From: a virus
Lineage: Duplodnaviria; Caudoviricetes
IMG/VR virus record: IMGVR_UViG_3300022833_000028
Coordinates: 1-36,620 of that record
Strand: one strand, 5' to 3'
DNA length: 36,620 nucleotides
Shown here piece after piece: positions 1-9,509 of the stretch. Position 1 is the first letter of the stretch, and every line of letters starts with the position of its first letter. The notes beneath the pieces were generated by a model. It ran no database searches, was not told where the DNA came from, and saw only the letters and a program-made list of their open reading frames with translations. A program made the position numbers and the translations under genes.

Positions 1-140
1 GGCCGATGATCTGGTGGGCGCGCTGCCCCCGTCTGAAAATATGGCCTTGCGCGAAACCGCGCGGATGTTGCTGGGCACCACGTTTTTGCCTGCTGTTCTG
101 AATAGCGAAAAAAAAAACGAGGCTGGATAGCCGGGCCGCG
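1..140. repeat. Terminal direct repeat (circular assembly overlap), copy 1
   Basis: 1-140 equals 36481-36620 except A127 vs G36607; the repeat splits the tail chaperone gene, so the contig is a circle opened at an arbitrary point. Confidence 0.95.
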
Positions 141-345
141 CAAGCGGCTAAGCGGGGCCTATGACGTGCGCGGCCGCGTGATCAATATATGCGGCGTCAT
201 GGGCCGATTGCCTGCCGAGGTGCGCGCGCTAACGCCATGCGAAACCTTTGAAATGGTGGAAGCGTGGAACGCGGCAAACGCTGGCGATGTGGTCGCGGCC
301 CCAACGTCTGATGAATTTGATGAATTAGTGGGGCGTTATGGCTAA
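107..345 (+). CDS. Tail assembly chaperone, -1 frameshift extension (lambda gpGT-like C-terminal part)
   Basis: G107 followed by A10 (108-117) lies just before the chaperone stop (TAG 128-130). The -1 frame is open to TAA 343-345 (RGWIAGPRKRLSGAYDVRGRVINICGVMGRLPAEVRALTPCETFEMVEAWN...DEFDELVGRYG) and overlaps the tape measure start. Confidence 0.8.
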
Positions 346-2620
346 CACCGAAGAAATTACAGTTTTGCTGAAAGCGCGCGACAAGGAATTGCAAAGCGTG
401 ATTCTAAAAAACACGCGCCTGATTTCCAAATTTTCGCGCGAAGCCAAGGCGGACACCGGCAAGGCCACGCAAGCGGTTGAAACCAATATGACGCGCATGA
501 AGGCGTCATTTTCTAGTTTCGGCAAGGGCGCGCTGGCGGGCCTTGGCGCGGCGGCTATCGTGGCCGGTCTGGCCAAGGTGTCGGGCGCGGTTGCCCGGAC
601 GGTCACTGACATTGCGTCAATGGGCGATGAAGCCCGCCGCTCGGGTGTCAATCTGGCGGCTTTCCAAGAATGGAAATTTGTTGCTGAGCAAAACCGCATC
701 GGCATTGATCAAATGGTGGACGGCCTCAAGGAATTGAACCTGCGCGCCGATGAATTTGTGGTGACAGGATCCGGCCCGGCGGCCGAGGCGTTCAACCGCC
801 TTGGCATGGGGGCCGATGATCTAAAGGATCGCCTCAAGGATCCGTCCGAATTGATGTTGGAATTGATCGGCCGGATGGGCGATTTGGACACGGCGGCGCA
901 AATCCGGGTGTCGGATGAATTGTTTGGCGGATCCGCCGGTGAGCGGTTTGTGGAATTGCTGGGCCAAGGTGAAGCCGGGCTACGCGATACCATTGCAACG
1001 GCGCATGAGGTTGGCGCGGTGCTGGATGCTGAATTAGTCGAGCGTGCGGACGAATTAAGCCGCAAGTTTGGCGAAATCCAATCACGGGTTGCGGCGTCGT
1101 TTCAATCGCTTGTGGTCGGTGGCGCGTCGGTTTTGGATAACCTTATGGCGCAAAAAACTGCCCTTGAGGATATCATAAGCCTGCGCGAAGAATCCCGCTA
1201 TTTTCCAGAAAATCCGATCCCTGATGATGTGCGGATGGCCCCAACGGGTGAGGATCTTGCGGCCGTCGCGGCAATCCGTGATGGCTATGACGCGGTGTTC
1301 CAAGCCGCGCGCAGCCTGTCGATTGAATTGGAAACGATGCCCCGGCAACTTTTGGCCGAGGGGGCCGAGGATGATGCTTATCTGATTTCGGCCATTGCGC
1401 AGGAATTGGACGCCCTGACAAAGCAATGGGACGCGCAAACCATTTCGGCCGAGGATTTCGGCGCGGAATTGTCGGATCTAATCGTGGATGCGGATGGGGC
1501 TGTGGCCTCGCTTGATGCGATTGATGGGGTGGATCTGGATGCGGTGGGCGCGCGGGTCGTCGCTTTGCGCGGCTTGGTCGTGGGGCTGGCGATGGCGGCG
1601 CGCAACGCGGTGGAATCGTTTAACCCGCAAGTGACGATGGGGCCAAACATTACGCCCGATCAACTGGCCGGGATGCGGCAAGCCTCGCTTGATGAGTCGG
1701 GCGTGCCGCAAAACATTCCACGGCCCGCCGCGCGCCCGCTGGATCCTGATTTTGGAATGCCGCCGCTGCCCAAGGCCACGGCCAAGACCGGCGGCGGATC
1801 CGGTGGTGCGGCCAAGGCGGTGGCGGATCCGTTTGGCGATGCAATGGCGGCCACGGCGGACGAAATCACGGCGCTGGAAATGGAGGCGGCGGCCTTGCTG
1901 GCCGTGGCCGGGGCCGGGATGGAATACGGCGCGGCGGTTGAGTATGCCCGCACGCGTGCGGAATTGCTTTTTGAGGCGCAGCAAGCGGGCAAAGAATTAA
2001 CGCCCGCCCTGCGCGCTGAAATTGACGCGCTGTCGCTGGCCTATGTCACGGCCGGGCAATCGGCGGACGAAGCTGCGGAAAGCCTTGCCAAGATCGAGGC
2101 GGACGCGGAACGCGGCGGCGATGCCCTAACCGATATGTTTATGAGTATCGCGGACGGGTCCACATCGGCCGTTGAGGCAATCGGCAATTTGCTTTTGGAA
2201 ATGGCAAAGGTTGCGGCGCAGCAAGCGATTTTGGGCGCGGTGTCGGGCACAAGCGCGGCCGGGTTCGTGGGGTCTATGCTGGGCGGCGCGCGGGCCAAGG
2301 GTGGCCCGGCCGGTGCGGGTGTGCCGTATCTTGTCAATGAGGATACGCCAAATTCTGAAATCTTTGTGCCGTCCACCTCGGGCGCGGTGCTGAATGTGCC
2401 GCAAGCGCAGGCGGCTTTGCGCGATAGTTCGGGCGGGGGCGGATCGGGCGGCGGCCCGGCGGTGATGAATGTCAACGTCGCGGTGTCTGGCGCGCGCGGC
2501 AATGCTGAGATTTCGGCAATGGTGCAAAAGGGCGTTGAAGGCGGCATTTCTGCTTTTAGCCGCCATATTTTGCCGCAACGGGTCGGCGCGATTAACCGTG
2601 ACCCAAGAAAGGTAAGTTGA
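338..2620 (+). CDS. Tail tape measure protein
   Basis: 760 aa Ala-rich helical protein after the chaperone; C-terminal GARAKGGP...YLVNE...EIFVP motif typical of tape measure proteins. Confidence 0.9.
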   Translation: MANTEEITVLLKARDKELQSVILKNTRLISKFSREAKADTGKATQAVETNMTRMKASFSSFGKGALAGLGAAAIVAGLAKVSGAVARTVTDIASMGDEARRSGVNLAAFQEWKFVAEQNRIGIDQMVDGLKELNLRADEFVVTGSGPAAEAFNRLGMGADDLKDRLKDPSELMLELIGRMGDLDTAAQIRVSDELFGGSAGERFVELLGQGEAGLRDTIATAHEVGAVLDAELVERADELSRKFGEIQSRVAASFQSLVVGGASVLDNLMAQKTALEDIISLREESRYFPENPIPDDVRMAPTGEDLAAVAAIRDGYDAVFQAARSLSIELETMPRQLLAEGAEDDAYLISAIAQELDALTKQWDAQTISAEDFGAELSDLIVDADGAVASLDAIDGVDLDAVGARVVALRGLVVGLAMAARNAVESFNPQVTMGPNITPDQLAGMRQASLDESGVPQNIPRPAARPLDPDFGMPPLPKATAKTGGGSGGAAKAVADPFGDAMAATADEITALEMEAAALLAVAGAGMEYGAAVEYARTRAELLFEAQQAGKELTPALRAEIDALSLAYVTAGQSADEAAESLAKIEADAERGGDALTDMFMSIADGSTSAVEAIGNLLLEMAKVAAQQAILGAVSGTSAAGFVGSMLGGARAKGGPAGAGVPYLVNEDTPNSEIFVPSTSGAVLNVPQAQAALRDSSGGGGSGGGPAVMNVNVAVSGARGNAEISAMVQKGVEGGISAFSRHILPQRVGAINRDPRKVS

Positions 2621-3276
2621 TGGCTTTGGTGTTTCCTCTTGCGGCCGCAAATTTTCTTGATTTGCTGCCGGTTCAATCCGTGCAATTTTATTGCCCGCCT
2701 CAAGTCGCGGCAACGGGCCTTGCGGGCGGCGATGTGTTGCGCGCTGAGGTGGCCCCGGCGCTTTGGCAGGGGGTCTTTGCCTTGCCGCCTATGCGGCCCC
2801 GTCTGGCGGGCGTTTTTGAGGTGCTAATTGAGGCACTTCAAGGCGTCGGCGGATCGTTTCACGCCTATAAGAAAAATCAGATCGGTCCGGCCTCGGATCC
2901 GCGCGGCCTCGCATTGGCGGGCCGTTCGATTGTGATCGCGCAGGTGGACGTGGCCGGGTCGCGTCTGCGGCTCTCTGGTTTGCCCGGCGGCTTTGTGCTG
3001 TCGCCGGGTGATTTCTTGGCTTTTGATTATGGCATCGCGCCGGTGGGCCGCGCCTTGCACCGCCTGCAATCGGGCGGTGTGGCCGATGGGTTCGGTGTGA
3101 GTGGTTGGCTCTGGCTGACGCCTCACATTGAGCCGGGCGCGCTCACTGGCGCGGCGGTGTCTTTGGTGCGGCCCGCTTGCAAGGCCGTGATCGTGCCGGG
3201 GTCTGTCGATCCGGGCGTGACAAGCGGCAATTTAACAACGGGCGCGGCGTTTTCGTTTCGCCAAACATTCCGCTGA
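2620..3276 (+). CDS. Distal tail protein (putative)
   Basis: Directly after the tape measure gene with TGATG coupling; size and synteny. Confidence 0.65.
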   Translation: MALVFPLAAANFLDLLPVQSVQFYCPPQVAATGLAGGDVLRAEVAPALWQGVFALPPMRPRLAGVFEVLIEALQGVGGSFHAYKKNQIGPASDPRGLALAGRSIVIAQVDVAGSRLRLSGLPGGFVLSPGDFLAFDYGIAPVGRALHRLQSGGVADGFGVSGWLWLTPHIEPGALTGAAVSLVRPACKAVIVPGSVDPGVTSGNLTTGAAFSFRQTFR

Positions 3277-3292
3277 TTTTGGAGGTTTGACG

Positions 3293-3901
3293 ATGAAAGA
3301 TTTTGACGCGGCCACGGCCGCCTATGTCGGATCCCGCGCCGGGGTCGTGGCGCGCAGTTTGATCTGGATCACGGCTGAAAATCGCGCAACGGGGGCGATG
3401 GATGCCCTCGGGCTTTGGTCTGGCCTGCGCGATCAAGCCTTTAGCATTGGCGGGGCCGCGCGGAACTATACCGGCGCGGGGGCCGTGCTGGGGGCCGATC
3501 CGATCATATCCGGGGCCGGGCTGGCCGTGCGCAGTTATATGTTAAACCTATCGTCGGTGGCCCCCGAAATTGAGGATTTGGTCAAAGGGTATAAGACGCG
3601 GGGCGCGCCTGTTGAGGTTCACCGCGCGTTGTTTCACCCGGCCAGCCGCGCCTTGGTGGCCCCGCCGCGCCGCGTATTTCTCGGCCAAGTCGATCAAATT
3701 TCATTCCCTGAGGGAATGCCCGGTGAACAGCCAAGCTGCGCGATTGCACTTGTAAGCGAAACGCGCGCCCTTACGCGGCCGCTCTCAAGCATGAAATCGA
3801 ACGCGTCTCAATCCCTGCGCGGCGGTGATCCAATCCGGCGCTATGCGGACGTGTCTGGCGTGGTGCCGGTCTATTGGGGCGAAAAGCAGGAAAAAAACTA
3901 A
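3293..3901 (+). CDS. Tail hub / baseplate protein (putative)
   Basis: GGAGG RBS at 3281; position between distal tail and NlpC/P60 genes; ends in VPVYWG. Confidence 0.6.
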   Translation: MKDFDAATAAYVGSRAGVVARSLIWITAENRATGAMDALGLWSGLRDQAFSIGGAARNYTGAGAVLGADPIISGAGLAVRSYMLNLSSVAPEIEDLVKGYKTRGAPVEVHRALFHPASRALVAPPRRVFLGQVDQISFPEGMPGEQPSCAIALVSETRALTRPLSSMKSNASQSLRGGDPIRRYADVSGVVPVYWGEKQEKN

Positions 3902-3914
3902 AGGGGTCACGATT

Positions 3915-4343
3915 GTGGATTTCAATACTTTACCGCCTCGGCTGCCCGATTGGCGTGCGCGCCTTGTAACATATCTCGGCACGCAGGCGGCGGCCAAGTT
4001 TCGCCCCGGCGTTTGTGATTGCGGTCTGTTCGCGGCCGGGGCCGTCGAGGCTATGACGGGTTTTGATCCGGCGGCGCGCTGGCGCGGCCAGTATCGCACC
4101 TTGGCCGCCGGTTTCGCCTTGGTGCAGGCCGATGGCTACGCCGATCACGCGGCGGTATTCGCGGCGCTGTATCCCGCGATTGCGCCCGCATTGGCGCAGG
4201 TTGGTGACATAGCGTTGCTGCCCGGCGATGCCGGATCAACCGCCCTTGGGGTTGTCCAGGGGTCTGGCGTTTATTGCCGCCAACCGGGCGGGATGGCCGT
4301 GGTGTCACGCTTAGAAATAACGGGGGCATTTTCGATATGCTAA
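3915..4343 (+). CDS. NlpC/P60-like tail-tip protein (DUF6950-like)
   Basis: RLPDW...F.PG..DC.LFAA..V.AMTG.D and AQVGDI motifs; GTG start after AAGGGG. Confidence 0.75.
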   Translation: MDFNTLPPRLPDWRARLVTYLGTQAAAKFRPGVCDCGLFAAGAVEAMTGFDPAARWRGQYRTLAAGFALVQADGYADHAAVFAALYPAIAPALAQVGDIALLPGDAGSTALGVVQGSGVYCRQPGGMAVVSRLEITGAFSIC

Positions 4344-7300
4344 ATTTCTTTCTTATCCTTTTTGCAGCTCTAATCGTGCCGCAGGCGGCGGCGGCGGCCC
4401 CTATCGGCGCGGCCATTGCGGCCGTGTCCGCTTTCGCGGCGTCGTCTGCCGTGGCCGCTGTGATTGTGCGCGTGGCGATCTATGCGGGCCTTACGGCGCT
4501 TTCGGCCGCTTTGACGGGAAAGCCTGCGGCGGCGCGTCAACCCGGCATTAAAACCGAGGTGACAACGGCGGGCGGTGCAAACCCGCAAACCTTTATCTTG
4601 GGCCGCTACGCCACCGCAGGCAACCGCGTGGCCCCGCCCTATAGTGGGCCAAATAAGGCGGATACGCCAAACGAATTTCTGTCCTATGTGGTGGATATTT
4701 CTGATTTGCCGATCACGTCCCTGTCCCGCATTGCGATCAATGGCGATTGGGTCACTGATCTGCGTGCCGCCAGCGGCTTGCATCAAAAAGAGGGCATGAT
4801 CATCAACGGCGAAGGCGTCTTTGATCTTAACGCCCAATATCCGCTTTTTACTTATAGTTTTTACGATGGCGGCCAAACGGCGGCCGATGCCTATATGATG
4901 GCTAATCATGCCAGCGATCCAGATCGGCCGTGGCAAGCGGATATGATCGGCGCGGGTGTGGCCTATGCGGTGCTGACTTTCAAATATAACCGGGCGACCT
5001 TCAACGGCTTGCCATCTTTCCTCTTTGAAGTCGAAGGTATCGCGCTCTACGATCCCCGCCGTGATACGTCCGTTGGCGGATCCGGCGCGCAGCGTTTTGG
5101 AAGCCCGGCAACGTGGGCCTTTACCGAAAATCCGGCCGTGCTGATCTATAATATTTTGCGCGGCATTGCCTTGCCCGATGGCAATATTTGGGGCGGGCGC
5201 GTGTCCGCGTCCGATCTGCCCTTGGCCAATTGGTTTGCGGCAATGAATGAGTGCGATGTGGTGATGGCGCGCAAGGACGGTGTGAGCGTGGCGCAGTATG
5301 TCGCCGGGTTTGAGGTGTCCGTGGATACCCCGCCCGCCACGGTGATTGACGCGTTGAAGGCGTCTTGCGCCGGTGATGTTGTCGAGGTTGGCGGCGTTTA
5401 CACAATGCGCGTTGGCCCGGTTTCTATGCCGGTGTTTTTCTTTAATGACGATGATCTGTCTGTGGACGATCCGCGCACCTTGTCACCCCATGCCGGGCTA
5501 GAAGGGGCGCATAACGCGCTGCACGTAATCCACCCGTCACCGGCGGCCCTGTGGGGCGCGCACGATGCCCCGCCGCGCTTTGATCTTGTGGCCGAGGCTG
5601 AGGATGGCCGTAGGTTGCCCGCTACGCTGGATCTGCCTGCGGTTGCGCGTGACGAACAGGTGCAACGTCTAATGTCGCTATGGTTGAAGGATGATAGGCG
5701 GATGCGCCGCCACGATTTAACCTTGCCGCCTGAGGCCGCCGCGCTGGATCCGTTGGACGCGGTTGCGTGGACAAGCCTGCGCAACGGTTACACATCCAAG
5801 GTTTTTGAAGTTGGCGAAATGGCCGATGATTTCACAACGCTTAATCAGACGGTTTCCCTGCGAGAACGCGATGCGCAGGATGTTGTTTGGGTGCCTGAGT
5901 CAGACGAATTTGACGTGATCCACCCCGGCGCAAGCGTTGCGATCATGCCGGTGCGGGTGCTGCAAGCGTGGCAGGTATCGCCCGCAATTCTAGCTGATGA
6001 TCAAGGCGCGCCGCGCCGGGTCGGATTGCGGTTTGAATGGGACGGCGGCCGCCTCGGTGATTGTCGCGGGATCCGGGTGCAGGTGCGTTTATTTGGCGCG
6101 GCTGATGTGTCAATCGTTTATGAAATTGCCAATGTTGATTCGGGGTTTTCGCATCTTTTTGAGGGGATCTTGCCGGGGCTGCGCTATGAGGCCCGCGCAA
6201 AAATGGTGTCAAATCGGGCAACCGGTTGGACGCTCTGGGCCGAGGCGACAACGGATGATGTCTATTATAGCGCCAAGGATCTGGCCTTTGAATTGCTGGC
6301 CGAAATTGCAGCAAATGGCGCAGCGGCGGCCGCGGCGCAGGACGATGTAAACGCCCTGTTAGGTAGCACGGTAATCGAATTTGACGCGGTGCGGTTTAAC
6401 GCGGCCGGGATCCGGGTTGATCTGGATGGCGTGCTATATCTTGCCGGTGATAATGAGGCGGCGATCACGGCCGAGGCGGGCGCGCGGGCCACGGCCGTGG
6501 ATGCGCTGGCGTCAACCTTGAATGCGGTTTCTGTCAAAACGGACGCAGCGACGGCGGATATCGCAACGGAAGAAACGGCGCGGGCAAGTGCGGACACCGC
6601 GATTGCGGGCACGGTCACGGATCTATCGGCGCGCCTAAATGCCGATTACATGCCGCTCGCGACAATTCAGCAAACCTATTTGACCGCAACGCAAACGAAC
6701 AACGCGATAGCATCGGCAAAAACTACGCTTAAAGCGTCGATTGGTGATGTTGCGGCGGATGTGTCCGATGTGGCGGCGGTATCGGCCGCGATGGACGGTA
6801 AGGTGCGGGCGATGCGCGGTCTAAGCGCCACCACAAGCGCCGGGCGTGTCACCGCAATCCGATTGACAAGCTATGAAAACCCGGACGGCACCGGCGGCTC
6901 TGCGATCCAGATGGATGCGGATAATGTTATTGTTGATGGCACGCTGTCCGCGTCGAAAATGGCCACCAAAACAATCACGGCCGTCTCTGGCGTAATTGGC
7001 GATGCGGCGGTGGATACGCTCCAGATCAAAGGCAAGGCGGTTACGGTCGCAAATTTTGGAATCAGAACGTCGCAAAAGGCCGTTTATGATTCCGATGGGT
7101 GGGTTGATATCTGCTCTGTCAATCTGGAATGTGAAGAAAACTTTAATGTATTTTGCTTAGTCACGGCCTCAAGCGCGTTTTCTTACACGGTGGACACCGC
7201 CAAGCTCCAATACCGTGTCACGCATCAAGGAAACTCTTTTGGCATTTTTTTTGAGACGGGTGAAACAGAGTTTTTTTGGGGTGAAACCGGCCCCGGTGGT

Positions 7301-7465
7301 AGCGATCCTGATAAGACCCGAAAAATGGCGTCGGACAATTGCAATGCATTTATGAAAACAAGCCCCGGCAATGGGGTGAAAACCTTCAAACTTCAGGCGA
7401 GGGTCTCGACTGGCGAGCGAGGTGTTGATGCGGGTTTAATTCGGGTGCAAATGGTGAAACGATGA
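4337..7465 (+). CDS. Central tail fibre / host-specificity protein (gpJ-like)
   Basis: About 1040 aa; YDPR.D...W...NPA motif; E..ARA.AD coiled-coil repeats; compositionally distinct C-terminal domain. Confidence 0.8.
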   Translation: MLNFFLILFAALIVPQAAAAAPIGAAIAAVSAFAASSAVAAVIVRVAIYAGLTALSAALTGKPAAARQPGIKTEVTTAGGANPQTFILGRYATAGNRVAPPYSGPNKADTPNEFLSYVVDISDLPITSLSRIAINGDWVTDLRAASGLHQKEGMIINGEGVFDLNAQYPLFTYSFYDGGQTAADAYMMANHASDPDRPWQADMIGAGVAYAVLTFKYNRATFNGLPSFLFEVEGIALYDPRRDTSVGGSGAQRFGSPATWAFTENPAVLIYNILRGIALPDGNIWGGRVSASDLPLANWFAAMNECDVVMARKDGVSVAQYVAGFEVSVDTPPATVIDALKASCAGDVVEVGGVYTMRVGPVSMPVFFFNDDDLSVDDPRTLSPHAGLEGAHNALHVIHPSPAALWGAHDAPPRFDLVAEAEDGRRLPATLDLPAVARDEQVQRLMSLWLKDDRRMRRHDLTLPPEAAALDPLDAVAWTSLRNGYTSKVFEVGEMADDFTTLNQTVSLRERDAQDVVWVPESDEFDVIHPGASVAIMPVRVLQAWQVSPAILADDQGAPRRVGLRFEWDGGRLGDCRGIRVQVRLFGAADVSIVYEIANVDSGFSHLFEGILPGLRYEARAKMVSNRATGWTLWAEATTDDVYYSAKDLAFELLAEIAANGAAAAAAQDDVNALLGSTVIEFDAVRFNAAGIRVDLDGVLYLAGDNEAAITAEAGARATAVDALASTLNAVSVKTDAATADIATEETARASADTAIAGTVTDLSARLNADYMPLATIQQTYLTATQTNNAIASAKTTLKASIGDVAADVSDVAAVSAAMDGKVRAMRGLSATTSAGRVTAIRLTSYENPDGTGGSAIQMDADNVIVDGTLSASKMATKTITAVSGVIGDAAVDTLQIKGKAVTVANFGIRTSQKAVYDSDGWVDICSVNLECEENFNVFCLVTASSAFSYTVDTAKLQYRVTHQGNSFGIFFETGETEFFWGETGPGGSDPDKTRKMASDNCNAFMKTSPGNGVKTFKLQARVSTGERGVDAGLIRVQMVKR

Positions 7466-7824
7466 ATTACGCAATTTATGATTTGGCGTCGGGTGAGGTT
7501 GTCACGGTCCAAGCTGAGGCCATACTGGCCGAGGGCCAGGGCAGTCTCTATCTTGATGTGATCCCTGTGGATTACGTCTTTCTTCATTATGTTGTGGCGG
7601 GTGAATTTACTCTGCGGCCGGTGTCCGCGGTTATCTTATCGGGCGATGTGATCAGCTTCAACAATACGCATCCGGACGCAATTGCCACACTTGAAAATGG
7701 GGATGGCGAGGCGATAGAAAACAGCCCCGGCGATGTGCGGCTTGCATCGCCGGGGCGGTATTCCATCAAAGTGATCCAGCCCTTTCCTTATTCCGCAATA
7801 AATGAGGTGTTTAATCATGCTTGA
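7462..7824 (+). CDS. Hypothetical tail-tip-associated protein
   Basis: ATGA overlap with the fibre gene; MNYAIYD..SGE start resembles tail-associated small proteins. Confidence 0.6.
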   Translation: MNYAIYDLASGEVVTVQAEAILAEGQGSLYLDVIPVDYVFLHYVVAGEFTLRPVSAVILSGDVISFNNTHPDAIATLENGDGEAIENSPGDVRLASPGRYSIKVIQPFPYSAINEVFNHA

Positions 7825-8227
7825 GTTTGGGCGCGATCCGGCAATTGTCGCGGCGGAATTTGCGGCGCGGGTCAACCGGGAACGTGATCGGCGGATTGGC
7901 GCGGGGTTTTATTATGAGGGGGCGCTCTTTGATTGGGATCTAAGGGCGCAAAAATTTATGACGGGCAAGGCTACGCTGGCCGGGTTCGCGGTTGCGGCGG
8001 GCGCGGTGCCCGGTGATCTGATGTGGGATGGCACCGGCAAGGCCTTTGGCTGGATCCTGTCCGATAATACGGTGCTGCCGCTTGATGCGCAGGGCCTATT
8101 CACGGTGGCGATTGTTGCGGCGGGGCATGAGCAAAGCCATGTTGATGCGGCCCGCGCAATCAAGCGGGCGGCGCAGCGCCCGGCTGATTACTTGGATGAT
8201 GCCTTGTGGCCTGAGGTCGCGCCATGA
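7817..8227 (+). CDS. DUF4376-like tail fibre-associated protein
   Basis: VN.ERDRRI..GF...G..FD, W...DN and DY.DD..WP motifs. Confidence 0.7.
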   Translation: MLEFGRDPAIVAAEFAARVNRERDRRIGAGFYYEGALFDWDLRAQKFMTGKATLAGFAVAAGAVPGDLMWDGTGKAFGWILSDNTVLPLDAQGLFTVAIVAAGHEQSHVDAARAIKRAAQRPADYLDDALWPEVAP

Positions 8228-8520
8228 TTGCCGCAAACGGCGTTGGGCCGTGGTGGTTTCCTGTATGGCTGCGGCGCGCCCTGTCACGGTTTTCCGCTGG
8301 TCACTTTCCTATCGGAATTTTTGACGCGCACGATTTTGCTTATCTTTTGGCGGTGGAGTCCCGCCGCGCCTGTGATCGGTTGCTTTTTAGGGACCTCTGG
8401 CGGGCGGCGCGTGCCCGGCGCGGCTGGCGTCAATTGGGATCAATGACCCTTGCGGCGTTTTGCTATTGCTTAGTTCGGGTGTTTGGGGCGGCCAGCTATA
8501 ACCGCGCCGCGTTCAAATAA
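8224..8520 (+). CDS. Hypothetical protein with NGxG...HDxxY...D motif (DUF1353 / phospholipase A2-like)
   Basis: NGVGP, HDFAY, RRACDRLL, VRVFG; ATGA-coupled. Confidence 0.6.
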   Translation: MIAANGVGPWWFPVWLRRALSRFSAGHFPIGIFDAHDFAYLLAVESRRACDRLLFRDLWRAARARRGWRQLGSMTLAAFCYCLVRVFGAASYNRAAFK

Positions 8521-8553
8521 ATCGTCACTAATGACGCTCGGCCGGTGCCGGGT

Positions 8554-8585
8554 TTGATTTGTCCGTTCTGCACATTAACGTGTGC
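8554..8585 (+). promoter_or_regulatory. Operator palindrome GCACATTAACGTGTGC overlapping a putative promoter of the lysis cassette
   Basis: GCAC-N8-GTGC at 8570-8585 matches sites at 20654 and 21411; TTGATT(8554)-N16-TAACGT(8576). Confidence 0.55.
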
Positions 8586-8629
8586 GGTGTCCTTATATTT
8601 GGGCGGTGCGATCTGAAAGGGGTCAAAAA

Positions 8630-8854
8630 GTGAGTGCAAAGGAAATCTTTGACGCGTTGGGCGGTGGCCCCGGTGCTCTGATTATCGTGGGCCTGTCTTG
8701 GTTCGCGGTGCGGCTGATGAAGCGCAACGATGCCCTAACGGATCTGTTGATGGGCCGAAAAGACGATGATTTGCGCGCGTCGGTTGAACGGGAAATCACC
8801 ACGCGCAACACGCTGGAAAGGATTGCGGCCGCGATTTCGGGGGCCGTCCAATGA
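8630..8854 (+). CDS. Holin-like small membrane protein
   Basis: One N-terminal TM segment and a charged tail; first gene of the lysis cassette; AAGGGG RBS. Confidence 0.5.
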   Translation: MSAKEIFDALGGGPGALIIVGLSWFAVRLMKRNDALTDLLMGRKDDDLRASVEREITTRNTLERIAAAISGAVQ

Positions 8855-9018
8855 ATTGGATTTTTAAGCGGCGGATTAATCTTGAGGCGGTGCGGCTGGC
8901 CGATGTGGCCCGGCGCGATGCGCTGAAAGCGGAACGGGTGAAAACCGATGAAATGGAACAGGCTGTGAATGGCCTGCTGGATACTTTGCTTTTAAGGGGT
9001 TTGCACAATGAAAATTGA
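8851..9018 (+). CDS. Small hypothetical protein (55 aa, not in ORF track)
   Basis: ATGA overlap; MNWIFKRRINLEAVRLADVARRDALKAERVKTDEMEQAVNGLLDTLLLRGLHNEN fills the gap between neighbouring genes. Confidence 0.6.
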   Translation: MNWIFKRRINLEAVRLADVARRDALKAERVKTDEMEQAVNGLLDTLLLRGLHNEN

Positions 9019-9448
9019 GGTGATGGCAAATTGGCTTTCCCAATTGGATCCGAATACGGTCACGGCTTGGCCCGCTTGGGTGCTGGCAATGCTGGTGTGC
9101 TACGCCTTTGGCCCGCGCTTTTATTTTAGCCTAACCGGGCCGGCAAAAAGGATGGCGCAGGGCATTTGCATATTTGCCTTTTTCGCGGCGGCGCGGATTT
9201 GGTTTTGGGATGTGCTGCAACATTTCCTGTCGGCCGATTGGCAAATGTCTGCGCGCGCCGATCTGTTTGCGTCTTGGTATAATGCGGCTTGCAATTTCGG
9301 GTGGGCGATTTCTTTTTATCTGATTTTAAGCGCGATCCATTTGCAAATCCCAAGCCCGGATCGGGCGCGATATTGGGTTATATTTTCGCCGTTTTATCCT
9401 AACCGCCTGCGCCTAATCGCGCGGATCTTTGGCGGCAAATTGCGGTGA
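9008..9448 (+). CDS. Membrane protein with about 3 TM segments, holin/antiholin candidate
   Basis: Three hydrophobic segments; immediately upstream of the endolysin. Confidence 0.55.
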   Translation: MKIEVMANWLSQLDPNTVTAWPAWVLAMLVCYAFGPRFYFSLTGPAKRMAQGICIFAFFAAARIWFWDVLQHFLSADWQMSARADLFASWYNAACNFGWAISFYLILSAIHLQIPSPDRARYWVIFSPFYPNRLRLIARIFGGKLR

Positions 9449-9509
9449 TGTTTTGCCCGGCGCGGTATCCTGCGCCGGGCATTTTTGTTTTGAATTTGAG
9501 GTGATCGCT

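Noticed and set aside
1-140. Biological terminal repeats of the virion DNA
   Set aside because: The repeat falls inside a tail gene and far from the terminase; best explained as assembler overlap of a circular contig. HNH plus HK97-type head genes suggest cos ends instead
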